Shown: positions 36,552 through 46,042 of the stretch, one piece after another
Position numbering within the stretch: position 1 is the stretch's first letter
Layout of the letters: every line of letters starts with the position of its first letter
From: Myxococcota bacterium
Lineage (GTDB): Bacteria > Myxococcota_A > UBA9042 > PHBI01 > JAWLBL01
DNA: 64,000 nt
Assembly (NCBI GenBank): GCA_041687695.1
Contig: JAWLBL010000017.1
Coordinates: 119,383-183,382, forward strand
Reading direction: 5' to 3'
Made by a program: the position numbers and the translations under genes
The notes under the pieces: model-generated
Seen by the model: the letters and a program-made list of their open reading frames with translations, nothing else
Database searches by the model: none
What the model was told of the DNA's origin: nothing

Positions 36552-37480
36552 CGGCGCCGGCCGCGACCGCCAGCCTGGCGCGAGCCTTCGACGACCACCG
36601 CGGGCGCCTGTGGCGCCTGGCCTTTCGGTTGACCGGCTGCGCGGCCGACGCCGACGACGTGGTCCAGGAGACCTTCCGCCGCGCCCTCGAGTCGCCGCCG
36701 CCCGACCTCGCGCGTCCGCTCGCGCCATGGCTCCTGCGCGTGTCGACGCGGGTCGCCATCGACCACCTCCGACGCCGGCGCGAGGTGCCCTACGACGGCC
36801 CGTGGCTGCCCTCGCCGGTCGCCCTGGACCGCCTGGAACCCGAGCCCGACGACCCTGAGGTGCGTTACGGCCGGGCCGAGAGCCTGACCACCGCCTTCCT
36901 CCTGGCGCTCGAGGTGCTGACGCCGGCCCAGCGCGCCGCCCTGGTGCTTCGTGACGTCCTGGGGTGCTCGGGCCAAGAGGTCGCTCGAGCGCTCGGTGTC
37001 ACGCCCGGGAACGCGCGCGTCCTGCTGCACCGCGCGCGCCAGCAGCTCGCGCCCTACGACGAGGCGCGCTGCGTCCCCGATCCCGAGCTGGTGCGCCGGC
37101 ACGCGGACGCGCTGACCCGGTTCCTGGCGGCCGTGGCCTCGGGCGACGTCGCGGCCGTCATGCGCCTGCTGGCCCCCGACGCCGAGGCGCTGCAGGACGC
37201 GGCGGGCGAGCGAAAGGCCGCGCGGCGGTGCGTCTCGGGCGCGGCGCGCGTGGCCCGGCTCTACGTCGGTCTCGCGCGCAAGACACCGCCCCCGCTCTGG
37301 GCCGACCTGGTCATGTTGAGCGGCCTGCCCGCCGTCGTCGTGGTCCTGCCACCACGACCGCGTCGGATGCCCACACACCTGACCTTGGCGGTCGAGCTGG
37401 ACGCCCTGGGGCGCATCCGCCGGGTGCTGAACGTCATGGCGACGCGCAAGCTGACGGCGGTGCCGCTGTCGCAGCGGTGA
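36548..37480 (+). CDS. ECF41 (SigJ-like) sigma factor with SnoaL-like C-terminus
   Basis: ADADDVVQE, YDGPWLPSP, LTPAQRAALVLRDV, LHRAR; C-terminal extension; ATGA coupled to the CMD gene. Confidence 0.9.
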   Translation: MTAPAATASLARAFDDHRGRLWRLAFRLTGCAADADDVVQETFRRALESPPPDLARPLAPWLLRVSTRVAIDHLRRRREVPYDGPWLPSPVALDRLEPEPDDPEVRYGRAESLTTAFLLALEVLTPAQRAALVLRDVLGCSGQEVARALGVTPGNARVLLHRARQQLAPYDEARCVPDPELVRRHADALTRFLAAVASGDVAAVMRLLAPDAEALQDAAGERKAARRCVSGAARVARLYVGLARKTPPPLWADLVMLSGLPAVVVVLPPRPRRMPTHLTLAVELDALGRIRRVLNVMATRKLTAVPLSQR

Positions 37481-37572
37481 CCGCCGCGACGCCGGCCCCT
37501 GGCCGCCGAGGCCGCAAACACCGAAGGCCGCGACATCGGACCCGTGAGGGGGATGACGCGGCCTTCGAGGAC

Positions 37573-37649
<77 letters not shown>

Positions 37650-37704
37650 GTCGGCGTCGTGGGCGTGGGTGGGAACCCGGGGACCCCTGACGCGAGGTGC
37701 GCGG

Positions 37705-37733
37705 AAGGTAGCAGCGGCCCCGGGGGCAGGCAA
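37705..37733 (-). promoter_or_regulatory. sigma70 promoter of tRNA-Ala
   Basis: TTGCCT-N17-TACCTT, preceded by an A-tract and followed by a GC-rich discriminator. Confidence 0.65.
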
Positions 37734-37761
37734 GCAGTTTTTTCGCGTCGCTCCAGCCGCC

Positions 37762-40059
37762 TCACGGCGCCGGAATGTCGTCCGCCTCGAGGTCGCGGAT
37801 GAGCCGCATGAAGTAGGTCCGCTGGACCCCGAGCAGCTCGGCGGCGCGGGTGCGGTTGCCGCCGGTCGTGCTGAGGGCGTGACGCAGCAGCTGCTGGCGG
37901 AAGGAGCGGACGGCGTCGTGGTAGCCGAGGTCGAGCGACTCGGAGAGGCGGGTCGAGGCCTCGTCGGCCGTCGGCTCGAGGTGCTCGGGCACGATGGCGC
38001 CGCGCTCGCCGGCCCGCACGATGGCCTGCGCCAGCAGCGTGCGCAGCTCGGCCACGTGACCCGACCAGACGCGGCGGGCCAGCACGGCGCGGGCGGCGGT
38101 GCCCACGTCCGCAGGCCGGCGGCCCAGCGCGACCACCAGCGCGTCGATGAGGTCCGGGAGATCCTCGAGCCGCTCGCCCAGGCCCGGGACGTCCACGCGT
38201 CCCGCGGCGAAGGCCGCGCGCAGGGCGTCGGCCACCGGGCCGCGCACGTCGCCGTCCAACGTCAAGACGACGCGCGCGCGCGCGCCGCCGGCCGACAGCC
38301 GCGCGATGAGCCACGAGGCCGCGTCGGGCGTCAGGTGCTCCGCGTGCGCGATGACCTGCAGGCCGACCAGCGCCGCCTCGGCCTCGAGGCGCAGCAGGGT
38401 CGAGGTCATGGTCTCGGCGGGCACCAGCGACATGTCGAGCACCGGGCAGCGGTCCGGGTCGACGCCCAGGTGGACGGCCAGCGCCCGCGCCAGGTGGCGT
38501 CGTCCCGCGCCGGACGGGCCGTCGAGCAGGACCGGGAGATCGGTCGGCGCGAGGAGCGCCAGGCGGTCGAGCACCTCGCGCAGCGCGGCCGAGTGCCCGG
38601 CCACCGCCGGGAAGCGGCCGCCCACCACCGCCGACGCGGCGCCGCGCCGGTTGCGCTCGAGGGCGCCCTCGGCCTCGCGGCGGCGCGCGTCCGCCACCTC
38701 GAGGGCGTCGCGCAGCCGCGCCTCGCGCGCCCGATCCTGGGCCGCCTTGCGCGCGGCGTCCGCCAGCCGCTGCACCTGCGTCACGTCCAGCGCGGCCGCG
38801 GCCGCGTCGGAGATCCCCTCGAGGCACATCACGCCGCCGCCCTTGAGCGGCAGCCTGACGCCCAGCTCGAGCCCGGTGTCCGCGACCAGGGAGGTCCCGG
38901 TGGCGGCGATGGTGCGTCCCTGGCCGTCGGTCCAGCGGCCGCCGGACGCGCCGACCTCCTCGGTGAGCGCCCGCAAGAGGGCGGCCTCGGGATCGTGGCG
39001 CTCGGAGACGACGCGCAGGGCGGCCTCCGTGAAGATGGCGGCCGCGCGCTGGGCCGGCCCCTCGGTGGCGGGCGTGGTCGCGCCGGTCGCGCGCGGGCCG
39101 GTGACCAGCGCCATCCGGTCCAGCCAGCCCGCGGTCGGCGTCGCGGCCCACGACTCCAGCACGGCGCGCCAGCTGTCCAGGCGGCCCGCGTCGCGGTAGA
39201 CCACCGCCAGGTCGTGCAGGATGGCCGCCCGGGGCCACTCGGGCAGGGTCAGCGCGCCCAGCTGCCCCAGCGCCTCGTCGGCGGCCTCGAGCGCCAGCGT
39301 CTGCTGGCCGGTCAGCGACAGCAGCAGAGCGTGGATCGCCGAGATGGCCGCGCCCGAGCCGGGGGCCGCACCCGGACGGCGCGAAAAGCGCGCCTGCTCG
39401 ACGTGGGCCAGGGCCAGCTCCAGGTAGCGGCCGTCGCCCGACTCGACCCACAGCCGGCGCAGCAGCAGCGCCCTCAGCAAGGTCCACGCGAAGGCGCCCT
39501 CGGTGGCGACGCCCTCGAAGAGAAGGCGCGCGGCCTCGGTGCGGCCCTCCCACAGGGCGACCAGGCAGCGCAGGGCCGGCGCCGGCGGATGCAGGTCCGA
39601 GGCGCCCCCCGGCGCCTGCTCGCAGGCCTGCAGCGCCTGCTCGGCGGCGTCGGTCGCCCCCTCCCACAGCCGCAGCCGGGCCTGCGCGACGAGCGTGGCC
39701 CGCCGGTCACGGCCGCGCTGGGTCAGGCGCGCCTGCGCCCGCCGTGGCTCTCCCGCCATCAGCTCGACCGTCGCCAGGTCCGCGCGCACCGGGTCGGCCA
39801 GCGTCGCCTCGTCGCCGGTCAGCTCCAGCGCGTGGCCCAGGGCCTCTCGCGCGCGCTGCGGCTCGTCGCGAACGACCGCGGTCAGCCCGCGCTCCCACTG
39901 CACGGCCACGCGCAGCTCGCGGCGCACGGGACCTTGGCCGTACAGCGCTGCGGCGGCGTCCAGGGCGCTGGCGGCCTCGGCCGTGGCGCCGGTCATCCGG
40001 GCCGCGCGGGCCTCCTCGAGCAGGCGTTCGATGCGCGTGGACGGGCTCTCGCTCTTCAT
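37762..40059 (-). CDS. Helical-repeat protein with degenerate sigma54-activator AAA+ domain and Fis-type HTH
   Basis: GHSAALREV...PVLLDGPSGAGRR; PGLGERLEDL; WSGHVAEL; GNRTRAAELLGV. Start chosen at MKSESP (GGAG RBS). Confidence 0.85.
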   Translation of the reverse strand: MKSESPSTRIERLLEEARAARMTGATAEAASALDAAAALYGQGPVRRELRVAVQWERGLTAVVRDEPQRAREALGHALELTGDEATLADPVRADLATVELMAGEPRRAQARLTQRGRDRRATLVAQARLRLWEGATDAAEQALQACEQAPGGASDLHPPAPALRCLVALWEGRTEAARLLFEGVATEGAFAWTLLRALLLRRLWVESGDGRYLELALAHVEQARFSRRPGAAPGSGAAISAIHALLLSLTGQQTLALEAADEALGQLGALTLPEWPRAAILHDLAVVYRDAGRLDSWRAVLESWAATPTAGWLDRMALVTGPRATGATTPATEGPAQRAAAIFTEAALRVVSERHDPEAALLRALTEEVGASGGRWTDGQGRTIAATGTSLVADTGLELGVRLPLKGGGVMCLEGISDAAAAALDVTQVQRLADAARKAAQDRAREARLRDALEVADARRREAEGALERNRRGAASAVVGGRFPAVAGHSAALREVLDRLALLAPTDLPVLLDGPSGAGRRHLARALAVHLGVDPDRCPVLDMSLVPAETMTSTLLRLEAEAALVGLQVIAHAEHLTPDAASWLIARLSAGGARARVVLTLDGDVRGPVADALRAAFAAGRVDVPGLGERLEDLPDLIDALVVALGRRPADVGTAARAVLARRVWSGHVAELRTLLAQAIVRAGERGAIVPEHLEPTADEASTRLSESLDLGYHDAVRSFRQQLLRHALSTTGGNRTRAAELLGVQRTYFMRLIRDLEADDIPAP

Positions 40060-40186
40060 GGCTCCACTCCCCCCGACCGGTCCGCGGCGCGGTCGGCTGA
40101 TGCGGCACGTCGCAGCCGGCGCGAGCGGCCCCGAAGGACGCACTCCGCCCGCCTCCCTCCCCGAAAGACGGCGGCTGCGGGGGCGC

Positions 40187-40214
40187 ATGGTAGAGGGGCC
40201 CGATCCCCTGTCAA
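40187..40214 (-). promoter_or_regulatory. Putative sigma70 promoter
   Basis: TTGACA-N16-TACCAT, with an AGGGG...CCCCT dyad in the spacer. Confidence 0.55.
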
Positions 40215-40338
40215 AAACTTCACACAGCTTTCGTGTACGCGATCGGACACGATCGGGATGGCGCGGCCGACGTGCGGGATCGCCCCCCGCCGTGGCGAAG
40301 CTGGCGCGGCCCGGGCTGGTGTGGTCTGCTGCGCGGCC

Positions 40339-41124
40339 ATGACGCCCGACGCCCCGCCGCCGTCACCACAGGACGACCCCGCTCGCGCCGCGCGCGCCTT
40401 GGACGCGCTGGGCCGCGACGTCCAGGTGCTGTACGTGGACAACCACCTGCTCGCGGTCGCCAAGCCCGCGGGGCTGCTGACCCAGGCCGCCGAGGCGGGC
40501 GACGACAACCTGCTCGACCGCGCGCGGGCGTATCTGAAGGTGGTCGGCGACAAGCCGGGCAACGTGTACGTCGGCCTGGTCCACCGGCTGGACCGGAACG
40601 TGTCGGGGGTCGTGCTGCTGGCACGCACGTCGAAGGCGGCGGCGCGGCTGACGCAGGCCTTCGCCGGGCGCGACGTCGACAAGCTGTATCTGGGCGTCGT
40701 CGAGGGCGTCACGGCGCCCGAGGGCAGGCTGGCCCATCGGCTGGGCCCGAGCGAGGACGGGCGGGGCGTCGTGGCGCGGCCCGACGGCAAGGAGGCGCGC
40801 CTGTCGTGGCGCCGGCTGGCGGTCCGGGACGGGCGCAGCCTGCTGGCCATCCAGCTGGAGACGGGACGCAAGCACCAGATCCGCGCGCAGCTGGCGCTGG
40901 CCGGGCACCCGCTGGTCGGCGACCCGCGCTACGGACGGCCCAGCCGCGAGGCTCGAGGACGAGGCGCCGCCGGCGCCATGGGCCGCCCGGCGCTGCACGC
41001 GTGGCGCCTGACGGTGCCGCATCCGATCCAGCGCGAGCCGCTGGCGGTCGAGGCGCCCCTGACGGCCGATCTCGAGCGGCTGCTGAGGGGGTGGGTTTTT
41101 GACCTGGGGCGCGCCACCGGGTGA
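40339..41124 (+). CDS. RluA family pseudouridine synthase
   Basis: KPAGL, VHRLDRNVSG, LETGRKHQIRAQLA, GHPLVGDPRYG, LHA. Confidence 0.95.
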   Translation: MTPDAPPPSPQDDPARAARALDALGRDVQVLYVDNHLLAVAKPAGLLTQAAEAGDDNLLDRARAYLKVVGDKPGNVYVGLVHRLDRNVSGVVLLARTSKAAARLTQAFAGRDVDKLYLGVVEGVTAPEGRLAHRLGPSEDGRGVVARPDGKEARLSWRRLAVRDGRSLLAIQLETGRKHQIRAQLALAGHPLVGDPRYGRPSREARGRGAAGAMGRPALHAWRLTVPHPIQREPLAVEAPLTADLERLLRGWVFDLGRATG

Positions 41125-41335
41125 ACTGCTTCCACGAGGTGCTCGAGGCGCCGCGCTCCGGAAGCATGGCGCCGGCTCGTGTGTTCTTCGAGGCGAGGCG
41201 CGGGGTGTCTCACGGGGTTGGGTGACCGGCCGCCAGCCGCGAGGCGGCCCGCGACGCCAAGGCAGCATCGTTCATCGGCAGGCGGTCGCGCGGCGACCGG
41301 TTCACGGGCGCGTCGCGCGCCGAACGGGAGGGACC

Positions 41336-41941
41336 ATGAGGCAGGAAGATCTCGAGCGCCTCGTACGTGAGGTCCTCGGCGACAGCTACGCGTCGTTCGA
41401 GGTCCCGAGCTACGCGCTCACCGAGGATCTCAAGGCGCAGAAGGCCGACATCGTCTGCCAGCTGCAGCGCGCGGGCGAGGGCGTCGTCCGATCGGTCGAG
41501 GGGTCGGGCGTCGGCCTGGTGGACGCGCTGTTCCGGGGGCTCAAGGCGGCCCTGAGCGACGAGTACCCGTCGCTCAACCACATCCACTTCATCCAGTTCG
41601 GCATCTCGGGCGACTTCTCCAAGCCCGGCGCCGACCGGGCGCAGGCGGACGCGGTCGGCCACGTCAAGCTGGTCGTCGAGAACACGAGCAAGCGTCAGTT
41701 CACGTTCTACAGCGACTCGCGCTCCATCAGCGCGTCGTCCGTGGACGTGGTCGTCAAGGCCGTCGAGCACTTCGTCAACGCCGAGCTGGCCGTCCTGCGG
41801 ATCTTCGACTGGATCCAGGACGCCAAGTCGCGCAGCCGGCCCGATCTGGCCGACAAGTACACGCAGCGCCTCGCCGATCTCGTCCAGAACGCGTCCTACA
41901 GCGAGTCGATCGAGCGCAAGAAGCAGTCGCTCGGCATGTGA
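41336..41941 (+). CDS. Stand-alone LeuA allosteric (regulatory) domain-like protein
   Basis: VEGSGVGLVDALFRGL resembles the GxGPVDA motif; SISASSVDVVVKAVEHFVN; GGAGG RBS. Confidence 0.6.
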   Translation: MRQEDLERLVREVLGDSYASFEVPSYALTEDLKAQKADIVCQLQRAGEGVVRSVEGSGVGLVDALFRGLKAALSDEYPSLNHIHFIQFGISGDFSKPGADRAQADAVGHVKLVVENTSKRQFTFYSDSRSISASSVDVVVKAVEHFVNAELAVLRIFDWIQDAKSRSRPDLADKYTQRLADLVQNASYSESIERKKQSLGM

Positions 41942-42043
41942 GGGCGGCGGCGCCCCGGCCGTCTGGCGGCGCGGTCGCGGACGGTTGAAAAGGCTGCCCC
42001 GGCGTGACACGGTGGCGCTCCCGAACCCTGACGGAGCGCCACG

Positions 42044-42772
42044 ATGTCTCTCCCCGGAGTCACCCAACAGCTCATCGACAAGGTCCAGGCCGCGCTCGCG
42101 GCCGGCCACGAGCCCCTGGTCGTCCTCGACCTCGACGGGACCCTGTACAACAACACCCCGCGGACCCTGCGCATCCTGCAGGAGTTCGCCCACCTGCACG
42201 GGCGGCGCCTGCCGGACTTCCTCCGCGTGGTCGATCGCCTGCCGGCCGGCTCCCTCAAGTACCGCGTGGCCGACACGCTCGCCGCCGCGGGCATCAAGGA
42301 CGAGGCGCTGGTCGAAGAGGTCGAGCGGTTCTGGTTCGAGCGCTTCTTCACCAACGACTACGTCCTGCACGACCTGCCGGTCGCCGGCGCCGTCGAGTTC
42401 GTCCGCGCCCTGTACGAGCGGGGCGCCGTCCCCGTGTACCTGACCGGCCGCGACGCCCCGAACATGCTGCTCGGGACCGTCAAGGCGCTGCAGCGCGACG
42501 GCTTCCCGGTCGGGACCGTCGACACCCACGTCATCCTCAAAGACAAGTTCGAGCGGCGTGACGAGGAGTACAAGCGCTCGGTCGTCGAGCACCTGCGCCG
42601 CGTCGGCGCGGTCGTGGGCGTCTTCGACAACGAGCCGGGCCTGTGCAACCTCTTCCAGGAGGCCTTCCCCGAGGCTACGGTCGTCTGGCTCGACACGTCG
42701 CACGCCCCGGGCGCCCCGGCCCTGATGAGCTCGGTCCAGGTCGCGATGGACTTCGGCCAGCTCGTCCCCTGA
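42044..42772 (+). CDS. HAD-superfamily phosphatase
   Basis: DLDGT, YLTGR, YK, FDNE motifs. Confidence 0.88.
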   Translation: MSLPGVTQQLIDKVQAALAAGHEPLVVLDLDGTLYNNTPRTLRILQEFAHLHGRRLPDFLRVVDRLPAGSLKYRVADTLAAAGIKDEALVEEVERFWFERFFTNDYVLHDLPVAGAVEFVRALYERGAVPVYLTGRDAPNMLLGTVKALQRDGFPVGTVDTHVILKDKFERRDEEYKRSVVEHLRRVGAVVGVFDNEPGLCNLFQEAFPEATVVWLDTSHAPGAPALMSSVQVAMDFGQLVP

Positions 42773-42860
42773 GGCGCGGCGGCCTGGCCGCTCGCCGCAA
42801 GGATCCGCGAAGCTCCCCGAGGCGCGCCAAGAGGTGGCGCCGCCTCGGGGGGCGCCGTCC

Positions 42861-44762
42861 TCAGGCCGCCTTGGCGCTGCCTTCCTTTTGCGCCGCGCCC
42901 TTGGGCTTGGCGTTCCAGATGCGCAGGCACAAGAGGAAGCCGGCCACCGAGAAGGGCAGGATGAAGACCGGCCACCAGGCCCAGCCGACGTTCTCGGTGA
43001 TGTAGCCGATGGCGATCGACTGCAGGGCCGTGCCCGCGTAGACGAAGCCGTCGATGATGCCGACCGCGGTGGCGGCGGCGCGGCGGCCGCCGAAGTCCAT
43101 GGTGGCGGTGCCCGAGAGCAGGCCGTGCGTCCCGATGACGCACAGCGACATCAGGAACACCAGCACGCCCAGCAGGTAGGGCGTCAGGGTCAGCTCGGGC
43201 CCGGCGGGCAGGACGCGCTTGTCGCCCGCGCGCTGCTGGGCCGCGAAGTCGGGCAGGGCGAGCGCCATCTGCTGCCCGCCGCGCTCGATGACCAGCGGGA
43301 TGACCGGGTCGCCAGCGGTCGCCAGCGCGGGCTCCTTCGCCGCGGCCGCAGCCTCCTGCGCGCCCTTGCTGGTGCACATGCACTGCTCGGCGTCCCAGGT
43401 CGACTTGCCGACGCAGACGGTGGGCAGGCACTTGATGGCCTTGGCGACGGAGGTCCAGTCCTCGAGGTCCGTGACGGCCCCGACCGACACGATGCGGTCG
43501 CCGACCTGCAGCGGGCCCTGGTCGTCCTTGACCCAGCCGACCTGCGGCTTGGTCCCGCCCAGGGCGAAGACCAGGCCGACCGTGCACAGGGTCAGGATGG
43601 CGTACAGGCCGCCGGCGGCGGGCGCGCGGCGGCTCTGGAAGAACAGATCGCTGACCCAGCCGGCGACGTTGCCGCCGATGACGCCGGCGACGAACAGGAT
43701 GCCGCCCCAGCCGCCCGTGAACAGAAAGGGCGACAGGGCGATGACGCCGCCGCTGATGACGGAGATGGCCCGGCGCCGGCCCTTGGTGTGGTAGGCGACC
43801 GTGAACAGCAGGACCGCCACCGCGGCGCAGATCCCGGCGAAGCCCCAGTCCATGGCGCCGCTGCGCATCGCGTGCCAGCCCGGCAGCGCCCAGACCTCCT
43901 TCATGTAGATGTACGGCCAGTGCATCACGCCGTTGCGGACGACGCCGGTGCAGAACTCGATGAGGGCGATGGTCAGGATGATGGGGTTGGACAGGATGCG
44001 CTTGAGCAGCTGCATCGCCGGGATCGGCGCGTCGGACTCGCCGCTGGACGCGTCGCCGGTGTCGAAGTCCTGGTGGCCGGCCAGGCCGGGACGGTCGCGC
44101 AGCAGGAAGAGCTCGATGACGAACATCGCGCCGAGGAGCGCCGCCGGGACCGTGAAGACCCACCAGGTGGCGTTGCCGCCCGTGGGGCCTTGCCCCGAGG
44201 CCATCGACAGCACCCACTCGCTGCCCGTGAAGGCGAAGAAGATGCCGCTCGAGATCATGGTCCCGAAGATGCCCGAGAAGCCGCCTCGCTCGGTCACGTG
44301 GAACCAGTGGGAGTTGACCTTGACGATCGCGACGGCGCCGAACGACTGGAAGTACATGTTCAGCGCGTACAGGGCCGAGAAGACGGCCGTCAGCGGGGCC
44401 GCCGTCGGGTCGTCGGACAGCAGCACCGATCGCGCGTACAGGCCCATGCCCAGGTTGGCCGCCGCAGCGCCGGCCAGGGCCAGGATCATCGAGCGCTTGC
44501 CGCCGATGCGGTCCGTGAGCGGGCCGTTGAGGATGAAGGCGAACCCGTAGATCAGCGTGCCGACGAAGAAGATCTGACCGAAGTCCTCCTTCGTCATCAG
44601 CTCGCCGAGGGCGCCCTGGGCCACCGTGAGGTTGTAGCGTCCGAAGTACAGGAACGCATACGCGAGGCCCATCGGGAACCAGTTCAGGGCGCGGCGACCT
44701 CGGAAGGCGGCGCTGTGGCTGATCGCTGGTCCCTTGTAGGCGCTGGAGCCGCCGCCTGCCAT
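42861..44762 (-). CDS. MFS transporter (GlpT/UhpC-like) with PDZ-like insertion
   Basis: YAFLYFGRYNL, NGPLTDRIGGK, WFHVTERG, GWVSDLFFQSRR, DFGGRRAAATAVGIIDGFVY. Confidence 0.88.
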   Translation of the reverse strand: MAGGGSSAYKGPAISHSAAFRGRRALNWFPMGLAYAFLYFGRYNLTVAQGALGELMTKEDFGQIFFVGTLIYGFAFILNGPLTDRIGGKRSMILALAGAAAANLGMGLYARSVLLSDDPTAAPLTAVFSALYALNMYFQSFGAVAIVKVNSHWFHVTERGGFSGIFGTMISSGIFFAFTGSEWVLSMASGQGPTGGNATWWVFTVPAALLGAMFVIELFLLRDRPGLAGHQDFDTGDASSGESDAPIPAMQLLKRILSNPIILTIALIEFCTGVVRNGVMHWPYIYMKEVWALPGWHAMRSGAMDWGFAGICAAVAVLLFTVAYHTKGRRRAISVISGGVIALSPFLFTGGWGGILFVAGVIGGNVAGWVSDLFFQSRRAPAAGGLYAILTLCTVGLVFALGGTKPQVGWVKDDQGPLQVGDRIVSVGAVTDLEDWTSVAKAIKCLPTVCVGKSTWDAEQCMCTSKGAQEAAAAAKEPALATAGDPVIPLVIERGGQQMALALPDFAAQQRAGDKRVLPAGPELTLTPYLLGVLVFLMSLCVIGTHGLLSGTATMDFGGRRAAATAVGIIDGFVYAGTALQSIAIGYITENVGWAWWPVFILPFSVAGFLLCLRIWNAKPKGAAQKEGSAKAA

Positions 44763-44835
44763 GTGATCTCCTTGAATTCCTTGGCCTTTGGGCCTTGGCC
44801 TCTCTGGGCGCCGCATGTTAGGCAATGGGCACGCG

Positions 44836-45549
44836 ATGAGCAAGGTCCCCCGGTTGCCGTGCCCTGGACGTCGCCGACTCGGCACGGCGGTGTCATCGAA
44901 TCCGCGACCCGCGGGCGCCCGGTTGGGCTGGCTCGTCTTCGCCTTGTGGGCGGCGGCGGGCTGCTCGAAAGATCCGGAGTCGAAGATCCGCGGCTGGCCT
45001 CCGCCGGCGCCCGTCGTCTCGCCGGCCGCGACCGACGCCGCCGGAGGGGCAGGGGCGCGCGGAGAGCGGTCCGCCTCCGCCGGCGCCCCCAGGCCGTCGC
45101 CCGCCCCGGGGCTGGAGCCGCGCGCGCGACCGACCGGGGAATCGGACGCGCAGTCCGCCGCCTCGGCCCAGGCCGACGCCGAGCCGCTCGACGTGCTCGC
45201 CGACCTCGAGCCCTGTGACGCCTTGCTGGTAGAGGCCTGCGCGCTGCTCGGGCCCCACTCGGAAGAGTGCATCGAGGCGCGCGCCTCGGCGCCTGGCGAT
45301 CGGACCCTGACGCACACGACCGCCTGCGCCGAGATCCTGACGCGCTGGCGGCCGGTGGCCGTGGGCGAGGCCCGCGGCAACCCGTGTCGGCTGCTGGCGG
45401 CGCGCAAGTGCGAGGTGCTGGGCGAGCACACGCGCGGCTGCCTCGACGCCCGCGCGGTGGCCGCCCGCCTGCGCCGCCCCGAGCATCGCCGGGCCTGCGG
45501 CGGCGATCTCCTGCTGTGGGAGGCCCGGCAGGTCCTCAGCGGGCGTTGA
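44836..45549 (+). CDS. Hypothetical lipoprotein with tandem Cys-rich helical repeats
   Basis: Lipobox AAGC; two C-x7-C-x9-C...C units; start uncertain. Confidence 0.6.
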   Translation: MSKVPRLPCPGRRRLGTAVSSNPRPAGARLGWLVFALWAAAGCSKDPESKIRGWPPPAPVVSPAATDAAGGAGARGERSASAGAPRPSPAPGLEPRARPTGESDAQSAASAQADAEPLDVLADLEPCDALLVEACALLGPHSEECIEARASAPGDRTLTHTTACAEILTRWRPVAVGEARGNPCRLLAARKCEVLGEHTRGCLDARAVAARLRRPEHRRACGGDLLLWEARQVLSGR

Positions 45550-45844
45550 CCGGGAAGCGGAAGACGACCTCGCCCGGTAGGACCATCCGGTACTCGCGCC
45601 TCGCCACGTCGCGCCAGCCCTCGAGGCCCTCCTCCAACGCGGACAGCTCGGCCTCGAGGCGGTCGTTGTCCTCTTCGATGCGCGCGACGAGGCCCTTGAG
45701 GCGGAGGTGTTGCCGCTCGAGCATCTCCAGGCGCGCGCTTCGCGCCGGGCTGACGGCGTGGAGCGTCAGCATGCCGGCCACCGCGCCGAAGAGCAGCGTG
45801 ATGAGCAGGCGCCGGATGGCGATGGTGCTGGGGGCTTCGAACAT
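45536..45844 (-). CDS. ftsB: FtsB/DivIC septum formation initiator family
   Basis: TM, coiled coil (IEEDNDRLEAELSAL), ARREYRMVLPGEVVF. Confidence 0.85.
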   Translation of the reverse strand: MFEAPSTIAIRRLLITLLFGAVAGMLTLHAVSPARSARLEMLERQHLRLKGLVARIEEDNDRLEAELSALEEGLEGWRDVARREYRMVLPGEVVFRFPVNAR

Positions 45845-46042
45845 GGGTTCCGGGGGCGCGCCGGGAAGTACGGCGGGCGATCGTAGGGCGCGCGGGATCC
45901 CCGGACCAGAAAAACGCGCAAACGGGGACCGGAATCGGCCGATGGGCGTATACGTTGGGCGGACCTGCGGACGGCCGGTCGTGCGCGCCGCTCGTGCGCG
46001 ATGACCGTCGGCGGAGGGGGCCGAGCGGCGGAGGGGACGGGG

